This document shows positions 37,978 through 47,694 of a stretch of 64,000 bases of DNA, one piece after another; the stretch's first letter is position 1; each line of letters starts with the position of its first letter. The notes below the pieces were generated by a model that made no database searches, was not told where the DNA came from, and saw nothing but the letters and a program-made list of their open reading frames with translations. Source of the stretch: an uncultured Chloroflexia bacterium. Lineage in GTDB: Bacteria > Chloroflexota > UBA6077 > JACCZL01. The position numbers were made by a program, and so were the translations under genes. The stretch lies in contig CAVXYC010000028.1 of NCBI GenBank assembly GCA_963765765.1, positions 128,001-192,000 of the forward strand, read 5' to 3'.

Positions 37978-40449
37978 ATGGGCCCCCCCGATCGACTCTT
38001 TCCGGTGGGGAAACGAGTCACGATTGCCTGGCCACCCCTTGCTCTGGCTCTGGGCATGCTGTTCGCCTCGATCTTACCGACCTCCGTGTCGGCGCAGACG
38101 GGCGCGGCTGTCAGCATGCAAATTCGCGCGGGTTTTGATGGGCTTGGCAAAGTTGGAGGCTGGGTCCCTGTCGAGATCGAGCTTCGCAACGACGGTCCTG
38201 ATATTTCCGGCGAGCTCCAGATCTCTGTACAGGATACGACAACTAATCGCGGGACTTACACTCGTCCGCCCACAGTTTACAGTGTGCCCGCGGTATTGCC
38301 GCGGAAATCGCATAAGCGATTAACGGTCGAGATTCTATTACCAAGCTCTGCGATTCGCACTCAGGCCAAGCTCGTCGAAGGCACGACGACTCACCTGGAG
38401 CAAGATGTCACGCTAACCCGAGTTGCGCCCGGCGATCTCATATGCGGGGTTCTCTCACGTTCGTCCAACGCGCTCGACTTTCTGCCCAGCCTTGAGCTTC
38501 CCGCTCCGCTTCGACGTGCCCGTGTGGCGCGCATCGACGTCAGCGATCTACCAACCCGCCCACAGCTCCTGGCGAGCCTTGACTGCCTGATTCTTTCCAA
38601 CCTTTCCACGCAGAGCATGCTCGACCTTCAGAAGGCGGCACTTTCTACATGGGTCGAGAATGGCGGCCTGCTCGTGCTCGCCGGTGGCCCCTCGTGGCAA
38701 CGGACCGTATCGGCACTTCCGACGGGGCTGTTACCTGTGAAACTGAACGGCCTAGCGAGTGTGCAGCGGCTGGACGGCATGGCCGATTTCTTGAATACCG
38801 AGCTTACCGATAGCGGACCGTGGCTCGCGAGTCAGGCTTCAGTTGAAGACGGCACCGTGCTGGTTGAGGAAGACGGCGTGCCAGTGCTCGTCTCAGCGCG
38901 ACGCGGAGCGGGCACAGTCTTCTATTTAGCGCTTGATCCGGCGGGTGAGCCGCTTCGAAGCTGGCCAGGAAGCGTGGGACTGTGGCGATACGTCCTTTCG
39001 CACGTTTCGGGCGGAGTTGGTCTGAGCGCCGCTGCGTCCAGCCCCTTCAGTAGCTGGGGACGCATTCCGCGCAATGCCTTAATCGACGTATCCACGATCT
39101 CACCGCCGTCACCCAATGGTCTTGTGGGAATTCTGCTGGTCTACCTGCTCCTGGTTGGACCGGGGAACTATCTGCTAATCCGGCGCTACCAACAGCCGAT
39201 GTGGACGCTGGTGACTGTACCGACATTGACAGTGCTGACAGTCATAGCCGGTTTCGCGATGAGCACAGTGAATCGCGATTCAGACGTAGTCGCGAATCAA
39301 ATCTCGCTGGTACGCGCCGGGCAATCGGGCGAGATTGGTCATGCCCGCACGTACGTCAGCGTATTGGCACGTCGGCCTGGCTGGTTCGATATCGCTACCA
39401 ATGACGCATCACTGATCTCCAGTCTGTACTTCCCATTCCCGAGAGATCCAACGATGGAAGCCGCTAGTGGCGGGACGAAAGTGCTCGAGGGTGCCCAGCC
39501 CTCCATCGTCGATATGTACCTCCAGGCGGGCTCACTGGGCACTGCGTCCGTTGACAGTCTCGTTCAATATCAAGGACCGCTCGAATCTCATCTCATCGCG
39601 AACGGCGGAACGATCAGCGGAACGATCACCAATCGTCTCGGGCAGACTTTGAGTGACGTGAACCTGGTACTCGACTTCCAAGCCACGCGCATTGGCGACC
39701 TGGCCGCGGGAGAAACTCGCGATATCTCGGTAAGTATGGGGCGTGCGCTTTCGGCCGGTTACGGCCCACCAACGTCATTCGCGAGCCTGCTTTACCCCAA
39801 TGCACCCAAGCCGAAAATGATCCCGTCAGATACCGCTCGACGTGACGTGCTGGACTCGCTTCTTGGAACTGGGTTCAATTTCAATCGTCTTGAATTGCCC
39901 GGACTCGGTCTCATTGGGTGGCTCGAATCCAGCGGGGTACCGATCGAGCTGAAGGGCGGCCGGGCCACGAATATCGATGGCGCACTCTACGTCGCGTCGC
40001 TGCCCATCGAGCTGCCCAAAGGGTTCGAGGGAGAAATCCCCGCACCAATCGTGGCGAAACGTCAACTCGGTGCTAACACCGCCAGTCGACAGCAGTACGG
40101 AAGCTATGATCTTTCGCCGGGTGAATCGCTTGCGCTTCAGTTCTCACTGCCTCTAGCGAATGGCCGCATGCTTCTGGACCGTCTTTATCTCAACGTGGAT
40201 GGACGCTTTCGGGGTGGTAACCCGGCGGCAACCGCCATTGGGGACATCTCACTCTTCAACTGGCGGACGTCGGAATGGGAGGACTGGTCAGTCAGCTACG
40301 GCGTGAACGAGTTCATGGAGCCGGCCCGGTTTGTTTCCGGCGCAGGCGACGTGCGAGTTCGCTACACATTTCGACCGGCTCCCGACTCCAGAACCACCGG
40401 TGTCAGCTTCACGCGGTTCGACGTCACGGCTCTCGGGCTCGTTCGATGA
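37978..40449 (+). CDS. Large membrane/secreted protein of the MoxR-vWA-ABC locus
   Basis: Signal peptide, GWVPVEIELRN, GATase-like WVENGGLLVLAGG, internal TM pair YLLLVGP.NY...W..VP. Confidence 0.7.
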   Translation: MGPPDRLFPVGKRVTIAWPPLALALGMLFASILPTSVSAQTGAAVSMQIRAGFDGLGKVGGWVPVEIELRNDGPDISGELQISVQDTTTNRGTYTRPPTVYSVPAVLPRKSHKRLTVEILLPSSAIRTQAKLVEGTTTHLEQDVTLTRVAPGDLICGVLSRSSNALDFLPSLELPAPLRRARVARIDVSDLPTRPQLLASLDCLILSNLSTQSMLDLQKAALSTWVENGGLLVLAGGPSWQRTVSALPTGLLPVKLNGLASVQRLDGMADFLNTELTDSGPWLASQASVEDGTVLVEEDGVPVLVSARRGAGTVFYLALDPAGEPLRSWPGSVGLWRYVLSHVSGGVGLSAAASSPFSSWGRIPRNALIDVSTISPPSPNGLVGILLVYLLLVGPGNYLLIRRYQQPMWTLVTVPTLTVLTVIAGFAMSTVNRDSDVVANQISLVRAGQSGEIGHARTYVSVLARRPGWFDIATNDASLISSLYFPFPRDPTMEAASGGTKVLEGAQPSIVDMYLQAGSLGTASVDSLVQYQGPLESHLIANGGTISGTITNRLGQTLSDVNLVLDFQATRIGDLAAGETRDISVSMGRALSAGYGPPTSFASLLYPNAPKPKMIPSDTARRDVLDSLLGTGFNFNRLELPGLGLIGWLESSGVPIELKGGRATNIDGALYVASLPIELPKGFEGEIPAPIVAKRQLGANTASRQQYGSYDLSPGESLALQFSLPLANGRMLLDRLYLNVDGRFRGGNPAATAIGDISLFNWRTSEWEDWSVSYGVNEFMEPARFVSGAGDVRVRYTFRPAPDSRTTGVSFTRFDVTALGLVR

Positions 40450-41390
40450 GCATCCTCTCCGTTAAGCATCTCACGTACGTGGTGAGGCATAGGCGGCTGC
40501 TTGACGATGTGAGCTTCGATGTGGAGGCTGGCCGGCCCCTGGCTATGGTAGGACCTAATGGCGCCGGCAAGTCAACGCTGCTCCGTATTCTGGCGACGGC
40601 GGCTCGGGCGACGTCTGGCTCTGTCATGATCGACGGCCTTGACGTCCTTCGGCAGGCGCCCCTCGCGCGGCGTCGATTAGGCTACGTCCCTGATATCTTC
40701 GGCATCTACCCTAATCTCACGGTCATGCAGTACCTCGATTTCTTTGCCCGAGCGGCGGGCGTTGCGAGCTGGGAGCGTCGAGAGGCGGTTGAAGCCATGC
40801 TGCGCGTGGTTGATCTCTTCGATGCGCGGGGGGAACTGGCGTCTTCGCTGTCGCGCGGACGGACACGGCGTCTTGCCCTGGCCCGGGCCCTAGTCCATAA
40901 CCCAGCCGTTTTACTCCTTGATGATCCCTTGCTTGGACTTGATGGCCGAGGTCGCCTGGAGCTCCGAGAGGTGCTTCGCGAGCTGAGCCAAATGCAGATA
41001 ACGGCCGTGATAGCAAGCCACCTCCTTGGTGACCTCGCCGACATCTGCTCTGATGTCCTCGTGCTGAACGATGGACAGGTGAGCTACAGCGGACCGATGA
41101 CTGAGGTCCTGGCTACGGCGAGCCGTCCGCAACAGCGAGTCCGACTGCGAGTGCTGGAAAAACTGGAAGTTGCCGCGGAGACCTTGGGAGCGATGCCAAC
41201 TGTTCGCGAGGTTACAACCTCAGATCAGGAGATCTCATTTCTTCTCATTGGCGACGATCGGGCGTTGGCGGACCTGCTCCAGAAGCTCCTGGACGAGGGT
41301 ATTCGGGTGGTGCGGTTCGGGCACGGGGGCGAGTTGATGGATGAGCTCTCAGCGGGGCTGGCCGAAATGACCTCAGAGCGGTCGAGCTAA
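40446..41390 (+). CDS. ABC ATP-binding protein (variant Walker B)
   Basis: GPNGAGKST, LSRG, LLLDDP, ASH; ATGA overlap with the previous gene. Confidence 0.85.
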   Translation: MSILSVKHLTYVVRHRRLLDDVSFDVEAGRPLAMVGPNGAGKSTLLRILATAARATSGSVMIDGLDVLRQAPLARRRLGYVPDIFGIYPNLTVMQYLDFFARAAGVASWERREAVEAMLRVVDLFDARGELASSLSRGRTRRLALARALVHNPAVLLLDDPLLGLDGRGRLELREVLRELSQMQITAVIASHLLGDLADICSDVLVLNDGQVSYSGPMTEVLATASRPQQRVRLRVLEKLEVAAETLGAMPTVREVTTSDQEISFLLIGDDRALADLLQKLLDEGIRVVRFGHGGELMDELSAGLAEMTSERSS

Positions 41391-42340
41391 TGTGGTCTGC
41401 CGTTCTCGCCAAAGAGTTTTCATCCCGACTGCAAAGCCGTGTGGCGTACGCCGTGTTGACGATCCTGGTTGCGTCATTCTCGGCGCTGACAATCGGAGCA
41501 TTCTGGCTGCTGGTATCAACCGTTCCCACTATCGTTCCGGTCATCGGATCCAGCGTGGGCTCAGGTGGCGGCACAACGCTCCCGACGCTTATCGTCGGCT
41601 ATCGTGGAGTGTTCCTGTTCATTGCGATGGGGTTGTGCCTGCTGGGCGCACTCTTTGTGATTGCTCCAGCCATCGGTAGCTCGGCAATAACCTCGGAAAA
41701 AGAGGAAGGCACGTTCGACATCCTGATCACCAGCGGCTCATCCGGCCGCGGCGTGGTTATGGGAAAGGTCCTCGCCGCAAGTATTTTCGTAGGTCTATTG
41801 ATGCTTACGACAGCCCCGGGGTTCTCCATTGCCTGGTATTACGGCGGGGTTGGCTGGGCGGAGATCATTCCAACCCTCTCTGTCACGCTCACTTCACTAT
41901 GGCTGCTGATATGCCTGGGTGTCTTCATCTCGTCATTCACCCGATCGTCGATGTTGGCGGCACTCTTTGCTTACTGCGCGGTATTCCTTCTGTCGTTCGG
42001 CACGCTCGGCCTTTACCTCATCGGTGCGTCGCTTCAGATGGAGGCATTTGTCCGTCCTTTATTGATCCTGAACCCGTTCGCTTCATTGATCACCATCCCA
42101 GACACCATCAGCGCTCAAGTAGCTCAAATCCTGCCGTTTCAGTATCGCGCGTTGCTTGATCAGCCTATGATTGAAATGGGTAGTCTTCCGCTGCGATTCC
42201 CGCGTTGGACTTCGACGTCGGTGGTCTTTCTGGTGACTGGCCTCATCCTGACGCTCATTTCAGCGATCGTCATAGATCCCTGCGATGGACTGAAATCCCG
42301 TCTGGGCTCGCGCGTATCACGTACAGGAGAGCAAGCATGA
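41390..42340 (+). CDS. ABC-2-type permease
   Basis: KEF..R, ITSEKEEGTFDIL, GKV, LNPF. Confidence 0.8.
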   Translation: MWSAVLAKEFSSRLQSRVAYAVLTILVASFSALTIGAFWLLVSTVPTIVPVIGSSVGSGGGTTLPTLIVGYRGVFLFIAMGLCLLGALFVIAPAIGSSAITSEKEEGTFDILITSGSSGRGVVMGKVLAASIFVGLLMLTTAPGFSIAWYYGGVGWAEIIPTLSVTLTSLWLLICLGVFISSFTRSSMLAALFAYCAVFLLSFGTLGLYLIGASLQMEAFVRPLLILNPFASLITIPDTISAQVAQILPFQYRALLDQPMIEMGSLPLRFPRWTSTSVVFLVTGLILTLISAIVIDPCDGLKSRLGSRVSRTGEQA

Positions 42341-43920
42341 GCTCACAGGCGATGGCCTCGTTCAACGACCGCGTCGCGCTTCGTGAAGGTCTCAACCTGA
42401 TATCTCGAGTGATCAAGCTCCAGTCCGCCGTAGTCTGGTTCTTCAGGGGCGTGGTGCTGGGACTGGTGGCCGATTGCGCTCTGCTCGTGGCAATGCGGCT
42501 CTCGCCACTGGGCGTGCAGCTGCAGTGGCTTGTGTTACCCCCCGCCATTCTCGGCGTAGCCGGGCTCGTTGCTGCATTTGTGTGGCCTATCCCAATAGAG
42601 AACATCGCTCGCCGCGCTGACGCTCGACTTGGCCTGAAGGAGCGACTGATTACGGCAATCGAGTTGCAGCGAAGTAAGGACTCGCACCCGTTAGCCGGCC
42701 TCCAATTGCACGACGCCGTAGAGCACGTTCGCCAGGTTGAGGCGCTTGACGCCTTTCCGGTGAAACTGCCTCTCCGTGAGCTACAGATTGTAGGTGCTCT
42801 CGCCGTGATCGCCACTCTACTCGTCGCCGCGCCGAATCCCATGGAGCGAGCGGTACGAGAGCGAGAACAGGTCCAACAGGCCGTCCGGCAAGAAGCGGAG
42901 CGCCTGAACCGTTTAGCGGACCAGGTAGCAGCCTCGAATCTCGACGATCCGGTTGAGGAGCTCAGCCAGCTGGAGCAGGAGCTCCGTGAGGGTGCACGAC
43001 TTCTCAATGAGCGCTCCTCGAGTGGCGAGGAAGCCATGGCAGCGCTCTCATCTATAGAGCAGAAGATCCTGGGCTCACAGGGGGCCGGCGGCGACGAGCT
43101 GGATGACGCGCTTTCGTCATTGGCTGGATCATTGGCGTTGGATCAGAATACGCGGTCGCTCGCCACGAGCCTTGCCCGCGGAGACTATAAGCAATCTGCT
43201 GAGGAGCTTAGAAAGCTCGCCGAGCAAGTACCGGATATGTCCGCCGCGGATCGCTCCCGCCTCTCGCGTTCACTGCGCACCGCGGGGAACCGCGCGTCTC
43301 GCTCCAACCCGGCGCTCGGACGGAGCCTTTCCCAGAGTGGCGATTCACTGGATGACCCTAACGGCGATCCTAGTGGTGCGATGGGTGAGGCCGCCGGTCA
43401 GCTTAACGCTGCTGATGGCCAGCTCCGCGCAGGTGGACAGCGTGATCGCGCCCTCTCACAGGTCCAACAGAGCCGCTCAGCCGTGAGCCGCGCGCTTCAA
43501 GCTGCTCGGGGTCGCCAGGCGCCCGGAATGCAGGCACCTGGCCAGCGCGGTGCAGTGGATGGGCAATCCTCGGACATGAGTGGCTCCGGCGGTGAATACG
43601 ACGATGAGATGGGCGGCGATCGACCGGGTGGCTCCAGTGCCGGCAATGGCCCTGGATCGCGGTCCGAAACCGTATACGACCCACTTTTCAGTACGGGCCG
43701 CGAAGATGTCATCCCGGGTGGCGAATTTGATCCCGGAGAGGTGTACGCCGGGTCCTCAATGGACGACGCGTATCGCAATGACGCCCAGGTGGGTTACTCC
43801 AGCGTCTACGCCGATTACCAGGAGAAAGCCACGCAATCACTGCAAAACAGCTACATTCCCTCCGGTCTGAAGGACCTCGTCAAAGACTACTTCTCATCTC
43901 TCGCGCCGAGCTCAAAATGA
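42337..43920 (+). CDS. Membrane-anchored coiled-coil protein with Gly/Gln-rich tail
   Basis: TM helices, AD.RLGLKERL.TA.E, long coiled coil, terminal IP..LKDLVKDYF. Confidence 0.7.
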   Translation: MSSQAMASFNDRVALREGLNLISRVIKLQSAVVWFFRGVVLGLVADCALLVAMRLSPLGVQLQWLVLPPAILGVAGLVAAFVWPIPIENIARRADARLGLKERLITAIELQRSKDSHPLAGLQLHDAVEHVRQVEALDAFPVKLPLRELQIVGALAVIATLLVAAPNPMERAVREREQVQQAVRQEAERLNRLADQVAASNLDDPVEELSQLEQELREGARLLNERSSSGEEAMAALSSIEQKILGSQGAGGDELDDALSSLAGSLALDQNTRSLATSLARGDYKQSAEELRKLAEQVPDMSAADRSRLSRSLRTAGNRASRSNPALGRSLSQSGDSLDDPNGDPSGAMGEAAGQLNAADGQLRAGGQRDRALSQVQQSRSAVSRALQAARGRQAPGMQAPGQRGAVDGQSSDMSGSGGEYDDEMGGDRPGGSSAGNGPGSRSETVYDPLFSTGREDVIPGGEFDPGEVYAGSSMDDAYRNDAQVGYSSVYADYQEKATQSLQNSYIPSGLKDLVKDYFSSLAPSSK

Positions 43921-44948
43921 CGCAAACTGAATCAACGACCCCGTCCGCAGTTGAACAGTCGGGTGCATCACCCAGTTTGATGTCGCCTGAGGAGTTCATT
44001 CAAATAGCCCGCGCTATAGAGCGCGAGGTAGCGAAAGTCATCGTTGGGCAGGACGAGGCCGTGCGAGGCATTCTCACGTGCCTGCTAGCGGGCGGGCATG
44101 CCCTGCTGGAGGGCGTACCGGGCCTGGGAAAGACGATGCTCGTGCGGACCCTTTCTCAGGTGCTGGACCTTAACTTCAGTCGGATTCAGTTCACGCCCGA
44201 CCTGATGCCGGCGGATATTACTGGAACCAACATCATCGCGGAGGAAGCCGGGGCGCGCGGCTTTCAATTCCAGGCTGGACCGATTTTCGCGAATATCGTC
44301 CTCGCAGATGAGATCAATCGCGCCACCCCTAAAACACAGTCGGCATTGCTGGAAGCCATGCAGGAGCATCGGGTTACGGTGGCTCGAGTGAGTCACACAC
44401 TGGAGCGCCCGTTCTTCGTCATGGCCACGCAGAACCCGATCGAGATGGAAGGCACATACCCATTGCCGGAAGCCCAGCTCGATCGCTTCTTCTTCAAGTT
44501 GACCGTCGGGTACCCGTCGGAAGATGAGCTCATGGCTATAGCGGAGCGCACGACGGGCACCGCTTCAGTGGATGTTCAGACCGTTGCGGATCGCACGATG
44601 GTGCTTAGAATGGTGGAGCTCGCACGCGAGCTGCCCATCGCAAAAGCGGTTCTCAGCTACGCCGTTAAGCTCACAACTCGAACGCACCCGGAGCGAGAAG
44701 ATAGTCCTGAGACCTCCAGGCGATTTGTACGCTACGGCGCCAGCCCTCGCGGACTTCAGTCGCTTGTGCTTGGTGCCAAGATTCGCGCGCTACTCGAAGG
44801 CCGTTTCAATGTGTCTTACGATGACGTGCGTGCCGCAGCATTACCGTCACTGCGGCACAGAGTCATCCTGAACTTCGAGGCAGACGCGGAGGGCGTGACC
44901 ACAGATCGCGTCATTCTCGACGTGCTCGCCGCCACACGCGCTACCTGA
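43917..44948 (+). CDS. moxR: MoxR-family AAA+ ATPase
   Basis: GHALLEGVPGLGKT, RIQFTPDLMPADI, LADEINRATPKTQSALLEAMQE, YPLPEAQLDRF. Confidence 0.95.
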   Translation: MTQTESTTPSAVEQSGASPSLMSPEEFIQIARAIEREVAKVIVGQDEAVRGILTCLLAGGHALLEGVPGLGKTMLVRTLSQVLDLNFSRIQFTPDLMPADITGTNIIAEEAGARGFQFQAGPIFANIVLADEINRATPKTQSALLEAMQEHRVTVARVSHTLERPFFVMATQNPIEMEGTYPLPEAQLDRFFFKLTVGYPSEDELMAIAERTTGTASVDVQTVADRTMVLRMVELARELPIAKAVLSYAVKLTTRTHPEREDSPETSRRFVRYGASPRGLQSLVLGAKIRALLEGRFNVSYDDVRAAALPSLRHRVILNFEADAEGVTTDRVILDVLAATRAT

Positions 44949-44961
44949 GCCTGGTTGATCC

Positions 44962-45840
44962 ATGCCAAACACCACCGTCGACTCGGCTCTTCTTGACCGA
45001 CTAGAGCGGCTCTCAATCGTTAGCCGCCACCGGCTTATGGGCCATGGCAAAGGTGATCGACGGAGTATCCGGCGTGGCACCTCGATAGAGTTCGTCGACT
45101 ACCGGCATTATGTCCCTGGCGATGATCCTCGTCAGGTCGACTGGAATATCTACGGTCGATCTGGATCACTCTTTGTCAAGATGTTCGAAGAGGAAGAGGT
45201 GCTCACCGTTCACTTGCTCGTGGATGGCAGCGCCTCCATGGACTGGGGCGCCCCCAATAAAGCGGCCATGGCTCGACAGCTTACCGCCGCGCTCGGCTAC
45301 GTGGCACTCTCAGGCTCCAGCCGCATTCAGGCAGCCGTGTTGAACGGTGAGCAGCTCAACATGTTTGGCCCAGCCTGGGGCCGTAAGAACACGTCTTCAC
45401 TCCTGGAATACCTTGACGCCGCCAGATTTCGAGGTGGCACGGACGTAAACGCCGGCCTGAGGGCCTACGCCCGGCGAAGCTCAGAACCAGGTGTCACCTT
45501 CCTCATCTCCGATCTCCTGGCCCCGTCGATTGAGAACGGCATGCGTGCCCTCCTCGACCACCACTACGAGCTCATCGTCCTTCACATGCTCGCCCCCCAG
45601 GAGCTCGATCCGCCAATGACCGGCGATCTCAACTTGATTGACCGTGAGACTGGTGAGGAGATACCCATCACCCTGAACCAGGAAGCGCTGGATCGCTATC
45701 GGACGCGACTCTCAGAGTGGCGACAAGAGATTGAGCGCATGTGCCTCCACCTCGGGGCCATTTATGAGCCGGTGAGCTCTGCCGACCGACTGGAGCACGT
45801 GCTCTTCGATCGACTGCGCCGACGTGGAGCGCTGAGGTGA
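44962..45840 (+). CDS. DUF58 (vWA-like) protein
   Basis: EFVDYRHYVPGDD.R.VDW, DGSASM, ISDL. Confidence 0.9.
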   Translation: MPNTTVDSALLDRLERLSIVSRHRLMGHGKGDRRSIRRGTSIEFVDYRHYVPGDDPRQVDWNIYGRSGSLFVKMFEEEEVLTVHLLVDGSASMDWGAPNKAAMARQLTAALGYVALSGSSRIQAAVLNGEQLNMFGPAWGRKNTSSLLEYLDAARFRGGTDVNAGLRAYARRSSEPGVTFLISDLLAPSIENGMRALLDHHYELIVLHMLAPQELDPPMTGDLNLIDRETGEEIPITLNQEALDRYRTRLSEWRQEIERMCLHLGAIYEPVSSADRLEHVLFDRLRRRGALR

Positions 45841-47681
45841 CACTCCTCGCACCTTTGGGGCTGGCCCTTGGCTTGCTTATCCCGGTTCTGATTTTTTTCT
45901 ACTTGCTGCGAGCGCGGCGGCACGAGTTCGACGTGAGCAGCACTCTTCTCTGGCAGCATTTGCTGCGCGATCTAGCGGCGCACGAACCGTGGCAGAGACT
46001 CCACGTCAGCGTGCTCCTCATCGCCCAGCTTGTGCTCATCATTTTGCTCACATTGACCCTGGCAAGACCGACGTACATCGCCCAAGCATCAGAGCCAGTT
46101 CATGCGATTCTGGTGCTTGACGGCTCAGCGAGCATGCAGGCGACTGATGTTCCGCCCAATCGATTCGAAGATGCTCGACGTCAGGCGCGTGATGTGATGG
46201 AGGGACTCCCGGAGGGCTCGACCGTGACGGTCATCGCAGCGCGCACGCAAGCAGAAGTGCTGGCAAGCGCCGTCACGGATCGCCGCACCGCCGAGCTAGC
46301 GATCGATCGAGCTCAGGTCGGATCGGTGGGTAGCGGCCTCCTTCAGGCGATAACGCTCGCGGGGTCACTGGGTACCGGACGAATTCGCAGTCAGATATAT
46401 CTCTTTTCGGATGGAGCGGTTCCCGACTTCGAGGCGATCAGAGAGTCGGATCTCCCCATTCGCTTCATTCCTATCGGTAGAGACAATGAGAACTACGCGC
46501 TAACAGCGCTTTCGGCACGGCCGGATCCACTCAATGCCCGCCGTTACCAGGTATTTGCACGTGTATCCAACTTCAGCAGCGGATCGCTTGGAACCACTCT
46601 CTCATTGTTCGCGGATGACAATCCGATGGACGCACGAGACGTGCGGGTGGCGCCGGGCGCAACTCAGGAATTCGTGTTCAACGATCTCCCGCTGGGTGCT
46701 CGGGCAGTGGACGCCAGACTGGCTTCTACAGATCGACTTGCGCTTGATGACCGAGCGTACGCCGTGCTGGATGTTCGTCGTCCATCACAGGTGCTGCTGG
46801 TGACAGCCGGAAACCTGTACCTCGAGAAAGTGCTGAACCTGCTGGGCAATGCGGAAGTGTTTCGAGTGGCGCCCCGAAGGTATCTTTCGGTCGATACCGA
46901 GCGATACGACGTTGTGATTTTCGACAGCTTCATACCCGAGGCCCTGCCGCCATCGAACATGCTCATCATCAATCCACCCGAAACGTCAAATTTCGTCTTC
47001 GAGGGAGAGGCGCGGCGACCGCGTATCAGACAGTGGAATCGTGATGATCCTTTGCTCCAATTCGTCGATCTACGTGACATCGGGATCGCGCGAGCGATCC
47101 GCGTGTCTCCGCCATCATGGATGCGCACGCTCATCGAATCGGACGATGTGAGCCTGATGCTGGCTGGCGAGCAGGAAACTCAACGCGTGGTGCTCTTCCC
47201 GTTTGACTTCAGGCAGACGAATTTGCCACTCTCGTCGGCATTCCCCATCCTTATGTCAAATGTACTCGGCTACCTCGAGCCTGGTGGCCAGGTGAATATG
47301 CGCGAGCTCAAGCTCGGCGACCCAGTAAACGTTCAGCCGCTGCTCCTGGCGGACACGATCACCGTCAACCGCCCCGATGGTACGACCACGGAGTTCAGGC
47401 CCGAGCGACAGAATGTAACCTATCAGGACACTGACATCCCGGGCATTTATCAAGTGCTACAGAAGGCCGGCGCGCAGCTTATCGCCCAGGACACGTTCGC
47501 GGTGAGTCCAACCGATGCGCGCGAGTCCAATATTGCGCCGCAATCGATTCCAGAAAGTGCCCAGAGGGCCACTCCGGATATCGCCCAAATAGAGATCAAT
47601 CGCGAAATTTGGCGATGGCTGGTTCCGCCAGCAATTCTTCTGCTGTTGTTCGAGTGGTGGTGGTTCCACAGGCGAACATGA
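45837..47681 (+). CDS. BatA/vWA-domain membrane protein
   Basis: BatA-like N-terminus (IP.LIFFYLL...VSSTLLW), MIDAS DGSAS, FSDG, C-terminal TM LFEWW. Confidence 0.85.
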   Translation: MTLLAPLGLALGLLIPVLIFFYLLRARRHEFDVSSTLLWQHLLRDLAAHEPWQRLHVSVLLIAQLVLIILLTLTLARPTYIAQASEPVHAILVLDGSASMQATDVPPNRFEDARRQARDVMEGLPEGSTVTVIAARTQAEVLASAVTDRRTAELAIDRAQVGSVGSGLLQAITLAGSLGTGRIRSQIYLFSDGAVPDFEAIRESDLPIRFIPIGRDNENYALTALSARPDPLNARRYQVFARVSNFSSGSLGTTLSLFADDNPMDARDVRVAPGATQEFVFNDLPLGARAVDARLASTDRLALDDRAYAVLDVRRPSQVLLVTAGNLYLEKVLNLLGNAEVFRVAPRRYLSVDTERYDVVIFDSFIPEALPPSNMLIINPPETSNFVFEGEARRPRIRQWNRDDPLLQFVDLRDIGIARAIRVSPPSWMRTLIESDDVSLMLAGEQETQRVVLFPFDFRQTNLPLSSAFPILMSNVLGYLEPGGQVNMRELKLGDPVNVQPLLLADTITVNRPDGTTTEFRPERQNVTYQDTDIPGIYQVLQKAGAQLIAQDTFAVSPTDARESNIAPQSIPESAQRATPDIAQIEINREIWRWLVPPAILLLLFEWWWFHRRT

Positions 47682-47694
47682 TGAGATCACGCAA

